From: Chiloscyllium plagiosum | Lineage: Eukaryota | Direction: 5' to 3' | NCBI RefSeq assembly: GCF_004010195.1 | Contig: NC_057749.1 | Coordinates: 21,796,745 to 21,860,744 of the forward strand | DNA length: 64,000 nt | Shown here: one piece after another, positions 25,685 to 38,204 of the stretch | Layout: each line of letters starts with the position of its first letter | How positions within the stretch are numbered: position 1 is the stretch's first letter | Notes under the pieces: generated by a model | The model's input: only the letters and a program-made list of their open reading frames with translations | Told to the model about the DNA's origin: nothing | Databases searched by the model: none | Translations under genes and position numbers: made by a program

Positions 25685-26865
25685 AACATAGAATATAGGA
25701 GCAGGAGTAGGCCATTCAGCCCTTCGAGTCTGCTTCACCATTCAATCTGATCATCCAACTCACTACCCTATCCCTGCTTTCTTCCCATACCCTTTGATTC
25801 CTTTAGCCCTAAACCTAATTCCTTGAAAACATTCAACATTTTAGTCTCAACCATTTTCTGTGGCAGAGAATTCCAGAAATTCACTACTCTCTGGCTGGAG
25901 GAATTTCTCCTCACCTCAGTCCTAACTGACCTGCCCTCATCCTTAGAGTGTCATTCCTTGTTCTGGATTCCTTGGTCATTGGGAACATACTTGCTCCATT
26001 TAACCCGTTCTGTTAGAATTTTATTGGTTTCAATGAGATCTGTGGAGCAGGAGGATCGACGTTTCGGGCATAACGCAGAAACGCCAATTCTCCTGCTCCT
26101 CGGATGCTGCCTGACCTGCTGTGCTTTTCCAGCACCACACTCTCGACTCTGGTCTCCAGCATCTGCAGTCCTCACTCGTTACTTTCTATGAGACCCGCTC
26201 ATTCTTATAAACTCCTGTGAATATTGTCCCAACCAAGCCAGTCTCTCTTTCTACGTCAGTCCTACCATCCCAGGAGTCAGTTTGGTAAGCCTTTGCTCCG
26301 CTCCCTCCAGTGTCAGAACACCCTTCCTCAGATAAAGAGACCAAAACTGCACACACAGTACTCCACATATGGTCTCACCAAGCCCCTGTACATTTGCAAT
26401 AAGTCATCCCCCCTCTTGTCCTTGAATCGTCTCGCTATGAAGACTAAAATCCCATTTGCTTTTTTCATTGGCTGCTGCACCTGCATGCCTACTCTTTGTA
26501 GGTAAAAACAAGGGCTGCAGATGCTGGAAACCAGAGTCTAGATTAGAGTGGTGCTGAAAAAACACAGCAGGTCAGGCAGCATCTGAGGAGCAGGAAAATT
26601 GACGTTTCGGGCAAAAGATCTTCATCAGGACTCTTTGTGACTCGTGTACATGGGCACCCAGATCTCACTGCATTTCCCTCGTTCCCAATTTATTGCCATT
26701 CAGATATAATTTGCCTTCCTGCTTTTGCTACCAAAATGGATGACCTAATATTTATCCACATTACCTTTAATCTACCATGCATTTGCCCACTCACTCAACT
26801 TGTCCATATCCCACTAAAGCGCCTCATTACCCTAGTCATGGTTAACCCTCCCACCCAGCTTTTTA
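25685..26865 (-). mobile_element. Degenerate CR1 LINE RT/3' region with two nested PLE family B inserts (~26043-26187, 26500-26629)
   Basis: CR1 tail ggagcaggagtaggccattcagccc and RT-like minus-strand sequence; second insert flanked by TSD actctttgt (26491-26499 / 26630-26638). Confidence 0.8.
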
Positions 26866-26911
26866 TGGTCTTCAACCTTATTATCCATTTGTTCATTATC
26901 CTTTAGCCCAT

Positions 26912-27160
26912 TGTTCATTCATGAGATGTTGGTGCTACTGGCAAGGCCAGTATTTATTGCCCATTCCTAATTGCCCCAGAGAGCAGTTAAGAGTCAATCA
27001 CATTGCTGTGTGTCTGGAGTCACATGTGGGCCAGACTAGGTCAGGATGACAGTTTTCTTCCCTAAAGGGCATTATTGAACCGGGTGGATTTTTCCAACAA
27101 TTGGCAATGGACTTATAGTCATCATCAGACTCTCAATTCCAGTTTTTACAAAAAATATTA
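26912..27160 (-). mobile_element. Second SINE family, 3' portion
   Basis: ggccagtatttattgcccattcctaattgccccagagagcagttaagagtcaatcacattgctgtg...agactctcaattccag matches 56592-56903. Confidence 0.75.
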
Positions 27161-27189
27161 GATTTAGTTCTCTGATAATCCCTTCAACT

Positions 27190-27860
27190 TTGCCTTCCTG
27201 CCTTTTCCCCATAACCCGTGACTCCTTTATTGATTAAAAATCTATCTCGGCCTTGAATTTACTTAACAAGCCAGCCTCGATGGCCCTCCGTGGTAAAGAA
27301 TTCCACAGATTCACTCCCTTGGAAGAAGAAATTCCTTGTCATCTCAGTCCTACCTGGGTGGCCTCTTCCTCTGAAGTTCGACTCTCCCACAAGGGTAAAC
27401 GATCTCTCTGCATCCATCCTGAGAAGTCCCCTGTGAATTTTGTCTCTTTCAATAAGGTCACCTCTCATTCTTCTAAACTGCAATAGGTACGGGCCCCAAC
27501 ATAAGTAACGTCACTTCATAAAAAAATCTCTCCATACCTGCAATCAACCTCGTAAATGTTCTCAGGGCTGCTTCCAGTTTATGTTTCCTTGGATATTGGG
27601 CCCAAAACTGTTCACAGTATTCTAGATGTGGAGCAATTAATACTCTGCATTGTTTGAGCAAGACTTCCCTGTTGTTATAACCAATTCCCTTTGAAATAAA
27701 AGGAAATGTTCCATTTACCTTTCCTATTCTTTATTTAACTTGTAAGCTAGCATGATGTGATTTATACACAAGGATTTCTGCAGTGCTTATCCATTTAAAT
27801 AATATTCAGCTTATTTATTCTTCCTGCCAAAATGTATAACTCACATTTTCCCACATTATT
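27190..27860 (-). mobile_element. Old CR1 LINE fragment
   Basis: Minus-strand ORFs ..PHLEYCEQFWAQY..LEAALRTFTRLIAG and RRMRGDLIE..KI. Confidence 0.8.
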
Positions 27861-28310
27861 TGGAGGGTTTAACCTACAGAGAGAGGCTGATTAGGCTGTG
27901 ACAATTTTCTCTGCATTGTCGGAGGCTGAGGGGTGACCTTATAGAGGTTTATAAAATCATGAGGGACATGGATAGGGTAAATAGACAAGGTCTTTTCCCT
28001 GGGGTCGGGGAATCCAAAACTAGACAGAAAAGGTTTGAGGTGAAAGGGGAAAGACATAAAAGGGATCGAAGGGGCAACTTTCTCAAGCAGAGAGTGGTGT
28101 GTGTATGGAATGAGCTGCCAGAAGAAGTGGGTGGAAGCTGGTACAATTATAACTTTTTAGAGGCATCCAGATGGGAACATGAATAGGAAGGGTTTAGAGG
28201 GATATGGGCCAAATGCTGGCAGATGGGAAAAGAGTTTTGGAGAATGTATGGTTGTCATGCAGAGTTGGACCGAAGGGTTTGTTTCTATGCTGTACATCTC
28301 TATGACTTTA
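27859..28310 (+). mobile_element. CR1 LINE 3' fragment
   Basis: RLRGDLIEVYKIMRDMDRVNRQGLFP..RVVCVWNELPEEV; CR1 tail. Confidence 0.9.
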
Positions 28311-28507
28311 AGACTGTACTGTGGGGGGCTATATAGACTACTTCTACCAGTGTATTCCTCTCCTTGTTATTTCTACTCTTATGGATTCCATATCTTCTGA
28401 TCCAAGATCATATCTTGTTTCCTTACTTATATTAAGATATAAGGTACTTTCCTAAAGCTAGCGCACCACACTTTCTTTCCTGCCTGTCTATTTGAAAAGT
28501 CACATAC

Positions 28508-29529
28508 TGTTACAACACGGGGTAAACCACTCGGCTAATTTAAACTAGACCCACAGAAAAGCTCACCTCGCACCGTAATCTGTTAAATTTCGAGTGGCAC
28601 AGCACTATCCCAAATATCACTATTTAAAGAAAAAATTAACAATGTTAAGTCCAAAAGAGAACATTAGATTAGGTTCCCTACAGTGTGGAAACAGGCCCTT
28701 CAGCCCAACAAGTCCACACCGACCCTCTGAAGAGTAACCCACCCAGACCCATTTCCCTCTGACTAAAGCACCTAACACTGTGGGCAATTTAGCGTGGCCA
28801 ATTCACCCTAACCTGCATATCTTTGGACTGTGGGAGGAAACCGGAGCACCCGGAGGAAACCCACGCTGACAGGGGGAGAACGTGCAAACTCCACACAGTC
28901 AGTCGCCTGAGGCGGGAATCGAACCTGGGTTCCTGGTGCTGGTGAGGCAGAGTGCTGGTCACTGTGCTGCCCTATTAGACAACAACCATTTACAATTTCT
29001 TTCTCTTAAACCTATCTTTTACCTCCCACTCCACAATACTGGTCCGATAAAACCCCCGGCTAAGATTTACAAAACAAAAATCACGCTTCAAAACCAGCCA
29101 GCTGCATCGATTCTCCTCTGTAGATTTTCCTAGGTCGTCTTTTCTTTAGTCTTCTGCTGCACAAATCTCTTATGGGCAGGTACCTTTCAGAGAGCTATCC
29201 TGCTGGCAGTCTCTTGGAGCTTGCTCCTCTCTGCCATGCTCTCCAGCTGTTCGAAATACCTGATTTTATGTGGCCCAAAACATCAGACCAGCTCATTGGT
29301 TTGATGTCATCAAAACATTAAAATTCAAATTCGATTGGATTTTGGTATCTTGGGGCATAATTTAAACTGATAGACCGAATTTGAATTTGTTGTATTCCAT
29401 GGCAACGCAGCTCCAACTGTTTGTTTCACATCCAAATGTTACAGTTGTAAATTGTTCAGCACACACTGTGCTTTCAGTCAGCTTTCACCCTCTCTTAAAG
29501 GTACAGTACACACCTACACCCTCATGACA
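28508..29529 (-). mobile_element. Solo LTR (family L1) with a nested V-SINE
   Basis: TG...CA termini (tgttaca..., ...catgaca), flanks catac/catgc as imperfect 5-bp TSD; reverse-complement homology along its length to 49431-50138. Confidence 0.75.
28664..28972 (-). mobile_element. HE1-like V-SINE nested in the solo LTR
   Basis: Reverse complement of the 182-481 element. Confidence 0.9.
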
Positions 29530-29707
29530 CATGCCTCCAAATATTTAGTTCTCAGCTTTGCTCGCCTTGTAACCATTATCAATGGTTATATGATCACCCT
29601 CATTCAACTCTTCTTTGACATTCATTCATTAATTTTGTTCCAAATGCTTCATACGCTGTAAAGAATTGCTAATTTGTCTTTTATACCATCTTTCTTCCTT
29701 TGACATT

Positions 29708-29916
29708 TGAAATAATTCCACAGAGGCCAGAATCCCATCACCAAGTCACCCTTTATTGACATGCAGAGAGTCCTTGACACTGACCCAGCTCCCTCAGAGC
29801 CAGCTCTCAGAGTGAACAGGTTGTCTGACCCTCCTTGACTGGATTAGATTAACAGCCCATGCAGGAAACTCATATTTTATGAAATCCAGCTAGCTGACCT
29901 GGTTGCAATCACTACA
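29708..29916 (-). mobile_element. Short (~210 bp) solo LTR-like element (family L2)
   Basis: TG..CA ends, flanks acatt/acact; homologous to 53922-54156 (shared ataaagggtgact.ggtga, gtcagc, gctctgag). Confidence 0.55.
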
Positions 29917-30669
29917 ACACTATTTGTTAATGTGTTTCCATGTTTGTATACTCTGTCCCCATCATGGTTGCCTCTGGGGATGCTGTATATCCTCTTGCTT
30001 TTTAAAACTACATTTCTCTTCTTTCAGACACTGCCACCTTTTAAAAAATTAATTTAAAGCCCTCTCCCTTCAAACCTGGCTGCTAATACTGGTCAGGACC
30101 TTAGGCACAGCTGCAGAACATATCCAACCTGGCAGCTGGAGTCTCTCAGAACATCTATGACCTACATTTCCATTGCTTGGACAGTTTGGGATGCTGTGGG
30201 GATACGCTGGATCCCAGAGACCGTAATCCTGGCCAAGATTAATTAACTTTAGGCAAAAAAAAACCCAGAAATGAGAATGTACAAATCCCAGCACAAAAGT
30301 CATTGAAGACAACTCATTTCTGTCAAAGTGATTGGCTGTTTAATGATTGACATAGTGCCATTCATATTTAAATACAGCTTCAAGAACATGTTAACATGCT
30401 CTTAAAAAGCAACAGATGTCTCAATGGCTGTTTGGATGATGCCAAGAGAAGTATAGAGGGCACCTTAGCCTTACCCAAGAGGGAATGAAACCTGAAGGAG
30501 AATAGGAAGGTCAAGGAATTTTGAAACGTTGGAGAATGGATTTCAGTGGCTGGAGTTTTGAGATCAGAGACAAAAAAGGAAACTTCACAACAGGAGAGGG
30601 GATTGGTGGATGGATGAAAGTAGGATGAAGAGACATCCTGCAAACAGAATGAACAGGTAGATAGAAAAT

Positions 30670-32063
30670 AGAAATAATGATGCTGTAGTTGTGGGAATGT
30701 TCGCCGAGCTGAGAAGTTGATTTGCAGATGTATCATCCCCTGCCTCGGAGACATCTTCAGGGCTCTGGAGCCTCCCGTGAAGCGCTGCAGTACTGTGTCT
30801 TCGGGAATTGATTTGGGTCCGTTCCTGCAGCTGCCGGTTGCTCATTGTAGTGGGCGGTATATTGGGTCCAGGTCAATGTGCTTGTTGATGGACTCCATGG
30901 ATGAGTGCCGTGCTTCTAGAAATCCTCTGGCTGTCCTCTGTTTGGCTTGCCCTATGATCCCAGTTGAATTTGCGATCCTTGTCATCTGTGTGTATAGCTA
31001 TTAGGGACAGCTGGTTGTGGCGTTTAGTGGCTAGTTGTTGATCATGGATGCAGATTGCTAGTTGTCTGCTTGTTTGTCCTATGTAATGTTTCATGCAGAA
31101 TTTGCATGGCATATTATAAACTGCGTTTATCCTGAAGGGTATTGGGTCTTTTGTCCTGGTGAGTTGTTTCCTGAGTGCGGCTGTCAGTTTATGGGCTGTC
31201 TTGAATCCGAGTGGTCAGAGGAATCTGGTTGTCAGTTCCGAGGTGTTTTTTGTAAAAGTTAGAGTGGTTTGTGCGTTGGGTTGCGGCATGTCATTGTCAC
31301 GTTGTTAGTCTGCCAGGTATATGTGGATGAAGTTGCGGGGATATCTGTTCTTGCCAGACAATCTGTAAAGATATTCTTCTTCTTCCCTTGGTGATTGGGA
31401 GTGCTGCAGGGTGTCGTAGCCCTTTTGAACAGGGTCCCAATGTAACTTTTCTTGTGTGTGTTCAGATGATTGCTGCAATAATTCAGGATCTAGTCCATGT
31501 GCGTGGCTTTTCTGCATTTCTTGTTCTGCAACTGGCAAAAGAACTTCAACAGAAACTGAAACATTGGATCAGCGGGTCCATACAATCAGCACAGGAATTC
31601 TGAGACAACATGAAGAACATAAATATAGACAAGGGCAAAGCAATGGTTTCCTTCAATGTGACGGCAATGTCTACTTCAATTAACAAAACCTTAGCCAAAC
31701 AGACAATAACCAACCTCCTGGATAAACAGAGCAGATAAGATGGGGAACCTATCAATAAGGAAAAAAATGAACAGATCAATGGGACACTTATGGGCTCATC
31801 TATCTCTGGACTCGTAGCAGAAGCAGTGAAGCAAAAACTGGAACAAACAGCCTTCCCTCAAATCCAACCCAATCTCTGGATCAGATACGTGGATGACACT
31901 TTTGCAATAACTAAGAGAAAGTCGATCGAAAACATGAAGTGTTTTATCGACACTATACTCACAGGGATCAAATTTATGAGACAGGAGGAAACCAACAACC
32001 AACTCCCATTCCTGGATGTGATGGTTAGAAAGAACACAGAACGGTGAATGAACAACAAAAGTG
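30670..32063 (-). mobile_element. Penelope-like retroelement remnant with 5' inversion (RT thumb and GIY-YIG on - strand, RT palm on + strand)
   Basis: Minus: CRKATHMD*ILNYCSNH..KSYIGTLFKRA and PCKFCMKHYIGQTSRQL..H (GIY-YIG endonuclease). Plus (31530-32063): MVSFNVTAM..GTLMGSSIS..WIRYVDDTF..IKF..E..NQLPFLDV, which are PLE RT motifs. Stops and frameshifts present. Confidence 0.88.
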
Positions 32064-32368
32064 GGTGTCACATTCAGAGTGTGACAGTGAGTATGTTGCA
32101 CTGACGATGTTACTTTGAGAATGTTACACTGAGTGTGTTACAAATGTGTTACACTGTGGGTGTGACAGTGATAGTGTTACAGTGAGTGTGTTGACTGTGA
32201 TTGTTACATTGAGGGTGCCAAATTGAATGTTTTACACTGAGAGCATTATTTTGAAAGTGTTACATTGAGCATGTTTAAATGAAGGAGTTATAATGAGTGT
32301 AATACACTGAGAGCGTCACACATAGGTTGTTTCAAATGTGTTACACTGACAGTGTTATACTGAGAATA

Positions 32369-32674
32369 TTAGATTAGATTCCCTACAGTGTGGAAACAAG
32401 CCTTTCGGCCCATCAAGTCCACACCGACCCTCCGAAGAGTAACCCACCAAGACTCATTTGCCTCTGACTAACGCACCTAACACTTTGGGCAATCTAACAA
32501 GGCCAATTCACCTGACCTGCACGTTTTGGATTGTGGGAGGAAACCAGAGCACCCGGAGGAAACCCACACAGACACGGGGAGAACATGCAAACTCCACACA
32601 GACAGTCACCTGAGGCTGGAATCGAATCTGGGTGCCTGGCGCTGTAAGGCAGCAGTGCTAACCACTGTGCCGCC
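32369..32674 (-). mobile_element. HE1-like V-SINE in the satellite
   Basis: Reverse complement of the 182-481 element. Confidence 0.9.
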
Positions 32675-33377
32675 ACACTGAGGGTGTTACACTGTGATTA
32701 TTACACAGAGGGTGTTACACTGAGATTGTTACACTGATGGTGTTACACTGAGATTGTTACACTAGGAGTATTACACTGTGTTAACTGAGGATGTTACACT
32801 GAAGATGTTACACTGGGAGTGTTACACTGTGGGTGTTACACTGTGAGTGTTATACTGAGGGTGTTACACTGTGTTGACTAAGGATGTTACAATGAGGGTG
32901 TTATACTGAGACCTTTACAATGAATATATTTACTGAGATAGTTCCATTGAAGGTGTGAAATTGTATGTTTTATACTGAGGATGCTACACGGAGTGTGTTA
33001 CACTGAGAGTGTTAAACTGCTAGTATGATACTGAGGGCATCACATTGTGAGTGCTACTCTCAGAGGATTGTTAGACTGAGAATGTTACACTGCAACAGTT
33101 AAGTGAAGATGTTACACTGAAGGCGTTGTACTTAGAGTGTTACAGTGATTGTGCTACACTGAGGGTGTTACACTGGGAGTGTTACACTGTGGGTGTTACA
33201 CTGAGAGTGTCAAACTGAGGGTGTCACACTGAGTGTGGTACAGTGAGAGTGTTACACTGAGGGCATTACAATGAGGGTAGGACAGTGACAGTGTTAAACT
33301 GATAGTGTTACACTGAGTGTGCTTCAGTATGTGTGTTAACTGCAATTGTTACGCTGAGGGTCTCACACTAAGTGTGC

Positions 33378-34778
33378 TTTTGTTCGATCGAATTCGGGAG
33401 GCAGGCTTGGTGATAAACCAGGCTAAAAGTGAATTTGCTAAAGACCAAGTCACCTTCCTGGGTCATGTTATTGGACACGAGCAAATGGTCCCACAGGATG
33501 GAAAAACAAAGGTAATTGGGGAGTCTCCCATACCATTAACAAAAAGAGCAGTACTACAATTCTGGGGATTGAATGAATTTTATTGAAAATTTGTACCAAA
33601 TTTTAGCAGTGCGGCTGCTCCACTCACCGAATAGCTAAAGAAAGGAGAGAAGTTTCAGTGCACAGCGGACTGTCAGAAGGCATTTAACAGCCTGAAAGCT
33701 GTATTAATCATTGTCCTGGTATTAGCCACACCTAATTACACAAAGCTATTCAAGGTGGCTATCGATGCAAGTGATGTGGGTGTCGGTGCGATGCTCTTAC
33801 AGACCTGTCAAGTATTTCTCCAGGAAATTGAACATTCATCAGCAGAAATTTTCACCAGTCGAAAAGGAGACTTTGAGCTTGGTGTTGGTGTTGCAACATT
33901 TCAATGTTTATGTTTCCAGTAACATATCTGAGAGAATCATATAGACTGATCAGAACCCATTGGAGAAATTTAAGGACAAAAATGCCAGACTGAGTTTATT
34001 GTTATAGCCATTCAATTCGAAAGTTGTGCGTGCGGCAGGACGAGAAAACAGTATTGCTGGCTCATTGTCGAGACTTGAATGAGAAAATTGAGGCACTTGG
34101 TGGCAGGAGTAAAACAGACTGACACAGAATGTAGTAGCACATGCTTACGTGATTATCGTCAATATAATGTTTATGTGTGTTGTAGTACATGAACAATTTA
34201 AGATTAAAGGATTTTAAAATGAAGCCATCTTTGGTTATTGTTGGTTCATTTTCTTTTTAAGGGGGAGGGTGTGATAATTCTGCTCCTTTATCAAAGTTCG
34301 GTTGTCCTTTGTTTTTCTTCCACAGCAGTTGTAAAGACACAGGTCCTGAGGGCCAATTTAATTATAGCTAACAGATACTGCCTCAGTAAAAGGGCTTTCA
34401 AGTTTACAATGAAAGGGGAGCGGCCAGTTCCCCTAGCTCAGCTTTTCTCTGGTTTGGTTTGGTTTTAGCAATATGGCTGCTCACTGAAAGCAGTCAGTCA
34501 GTGAGACTGCTGATCCAAGAAACAGCTCCATGGAAGAAGGTGTTTCATGCAGAATCTCTCTGCCATCTCTCTCTCTGATATCTGTCCTGAAAGACCTTGT
34601 GTTTAATTTTACCTTTGGTGCTGAGGGATGTTTCTGGGGATTGTTGCAGGAATTTGGAACTTGGGATAATCCGTTGGGTTTTCGGACGGATTAAGTTAAT
34701 CTTATTCTGTTTTCTTTTGGTTGTGTTTAATTTGGTAATGTTGTAAATAAATTCTATTTTGTTTAAAACTAAGTGGTT
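33378..34778 (+). mobile_element. Ty3/Gypsy LTR retrotransposon remnant (RT C-terminus, RNase H, PPT, partial 3' LTR), Gmr1-like organisation
   Basis: AGLVINQAKSEFAKDQVTFLGHVIG..GL..FY*KFVPNFSSAAAPLT..FKVAIDASDVGVGAMLLQ..YFSRKL..EKETL..G.EN..A..LSR then stop; PPT aagggggaggg (34259-34269) followed by TG; AATAAA near 34747. Confidence 0.85.
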
Positions 34779-36685
34779 ACACTGAGGGTGTTACATAGAA
34801 TGCTACACTGAGAGTGTTATTTTGCAAGTGTTGCACTGAGCGTGTTACACTGAGAGAGTTACACTAAGGGTGTTTCAAATGTGTTACACTGAGCTGTGAG
34901 ACACTGAAGGCATTACACTGGGAGTGTTAGACTGAGAGTATTACACAGGGAGTGTTACATTAAGAGTGTTACACTGAGGGCATTACACTGAGGGCATTAC
35001 ATTGAGGGTATTTTACTGAGTGTTTTACACTAAGGGTGCTATACTGAGGGTGTTACAATGAGGGTGTGATTAGGAGTGTTACCCTGAGAGTGTAACACTG
35101 GGTATGTTACATTGAGAGAATTACACTGAAAGCATTACACTGAGACTGTGACACTGAGAGTGTTACACTGAGAGTGTTACACTGAGAGTGTTACAAAGAG
35201 ATTGTTACACTGAGGGTGTTGCACTGAGGACATTACACTGAGATTGTTACGCTGAGGGTGTTACACCGATTATGTTACACTTAGGGTGTTACACTGAGAA
35301 TGTCACACTGAGGGTGTTACAATGAGGTGTGACAGTGAAGTGTTACACTAGCAGTGGTACACCTAGTTTGTTACACAGAGGGCATTACACCAGACATGTT
35401 ACACTGAGGATGTTACACTGAGTGTGCTACACTGAGAGTGTTACACTGGGAGTGTTACACTGGGAGTGTAACACTTACATGGAGAGTGTTACAATGACAG
35501 TGTCACATTGAGAGTGTTTCAGTGTGACTATCACTCTGAGGGTGTCAAACCAACGGTGTTACACTGAGGGTGCTATACTGAGGGTGTTAGACAGTGACTG
35601 TTACACTGAGTGTGAGAAACTGAGAGTGTTTCAAATGTGTTACATTGACAGTGTGGTATACAGAGGGTGGTACACTGTAGATGTTACACTGAGAGTGATA
35701 CACTGGGAGTGTTACATTGAGAGTGTTGAATTGAGGTTGTTACACTGAGAGCATTGCATTGAGAGTCTTACACTGAGTGTGTTATCCTGGGGATGTTACA
35801 CTGAGGTCGTTCCACTGAGAGTGTTACAGTGATTGTTACAGTGAGAGTGATACTGTGTTTAACTGTGTTTAACTGTGTGTGTTATACTGAGGGTGTGACA
35901 GTGAGTGTGTTACATTGTGTAAGTTACAGTGAGTGTGTTACACTGAAGGTGCCACATTTAGAGTGTTACAGTGCAGTGTCATACTGAGGGTATTACACTT
36001 AGAATGTTACACTGAGAATGGTACACTGAGGATGTTACACTGAGAATGGTACACTGAGAATGTTACACTGAGGATGTTACACTGAGGATGGTACTCTGAG
36101 AATGGTACACTGAGAATGTTACACTGAGGATGTTACACTGAGAATGGTACACTGAGAATGGTACACTGAGAATGGTACACTGAGGATGGTACACTGAGGA
36201 TGTTACACTGAGAATGGTACACTGAGAATGTTATACTGAGAATGGTACACTGAGAATGGTACACTGAGGATGTTACACTGAGAATGGTACACTGAGAATG
36301 TTACAGTGAGAATGTTACACTGAGAATGGTACACTGAGAATGGTACACTGAGGATTTTACACTGAGAATGGTACACTGAGAACGTTACAGTGAGAATGGT
36401 ACACTGAGAATGGTACACTGAGGATGGTACATTGAGAGAGTTGAACTGAGACTGTTGCACTGAGCATGTTACACTGTGAGTGTAACATTCTCAGTGCAAC
36501 AGTCTCAGTTCAACTCTCTCAATGTACCATCCTCAGTGTACCATTCTCAGTGTACCATTCTCACTGTGAGTGTAACATTGAGGGTTTTTCACTGAGGGTG
36601 CTGCACTGAGAGTGTTACACTGAGGGTGTTACCATGAGTGTGTTACACTGATAGTGTTTCAGTGTGAGTGTTAAATTAGAGCAAT

Positions 36686-37104
36686 CAAAGAACAAAGAAT
36701 AAAGAAAATTTACAGCCCAGGAACAGGTCCTGCAGCCCTCCGAGCCTGAGCCGATCCAAATCCACTGAGTAAATCTATCACCCAATTCCTAAGCATCTGT
36801 ATCCCTCTGTCCCCCCCCTACTCATGCATCTGAACAGATGTACCTTAAATGAATCTGCTGTACTTGCCTCTTCTACCTCTGCTGGCAACATGTTCCAGGT
36901 ACCCTCTGTGTAAAGTATTTTCTGGGTGTTTCCCCCTTAAACTTTTCACCTGTCACCTTGAACACGTGACCTCTCGTCATTGAATCCTGCACCCTGGGAA
37001 AAAGCCTGTCTCTATCCACCCTGTCTATACCCTTCATGATTTTGTAGCCTTCAATCAGATACCCCCTCAATCTCCTGTTTTCTAATGAAAACAATCCTAA
37101 CCTA
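36686..37104 (-). mobile_element. CR1 3' fragment in the satellite
   Basis: FSLENRRLRGYLIEGYKIMKGIDRVD..TRGHVFKV; (ttctttg)n-type tail. Confidence 0.9.
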
Positions 37105-37891
37105 ATTGAGGGTGTTGCACTGAGAGCATTACATTGAGCACATTATCTTGGGAATATTACACTGTTGTTCTTTGGAGTGTGTTTCAGTGAGACTATTACA
37201 CTGTGGGAATCACATTGAGAGTGTCACAGTCTGGGTGTTACACTGAGGGTGTTACACTGAGGGTGTTACACGTAGGGTGTTACACTAAGAGTGTTAAATT
37301 GAGACAGTTAAAACTGAGAGTGTGACACTGATATTGTTACACTGAAAATGTTACATGGAGGGTGTTATACTGAGGGTGTTAAGCAGAGGGTGTTGGACTG
37401 AGAATGGTATACGGATTGCATTACACTGAGAGTGTTACACTGATAGTATGACACTGAGGATGTTACAAATGTGCATTCTACGAAGAGAGTTTCACATCCT
37501 CAAAGTAACAATCTCAGTTAACACAATAAGTGTTACACTCTCACTGTCACACCCTCAGCGTAACACATTTCTAACACCCTCAGTGTAACACAATGTTTTA
37601 AACTGAGGGTATCACGCTGAGGGTGTTACCCTGAGAGTGTTAAGTTGAGAGTGTTACACAGAGCGAGTTACACTGAGGGTGCTACACTGAGGGTGTTACA
37701 CTCAGGATGTGACAGTGAGAGTGTTACACTAATAGTGTTACATTGAGTGTCTTGCAATGAATGCATTACACTGAGGGTGTAATACTGAATGTGTTACACT
37801 GAGAGTATTTCAGTGAATATTTTACACTGATGTTGTTGCACTTAGAATGTTACAGTGACTGTGCTCTACTGTGTGAGTTACACTGAGGGTT

Positions 37892-38204
37892 TTGGATTAG
37901 ATTAGATTACTTACAGTGTGGACACAGGCCCTTCGGCCCAACAAGTCCACACCGACCTGCCGAAGCGCAACCCACCCAGACCCATTCCCCTACATTTATC
38001 CCTTCACTACGGCCAATTTAGCATGGCCAATTCACCTAACTTGCACATCTTTGGACTATGGGAGGAAACCGGAGCACCCGGAGGAAACCCACGCAGTGGG
38101 AGAATGTGCAAACTCCACACAGTCAGTCGCCTGAGGCGGGAATTGAACCCAGGTCTCTGGTGCTGTGAGGCAGCAGTGCTAACTACTGTGCCACCGTGCT
38201 GCCC
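37892..38204 (-). mobile_element. HE1-like V-SINE in the satellite
   Basis: Reverse complement of 182-481 with (tagat)n tail. Confidence 0.9.
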
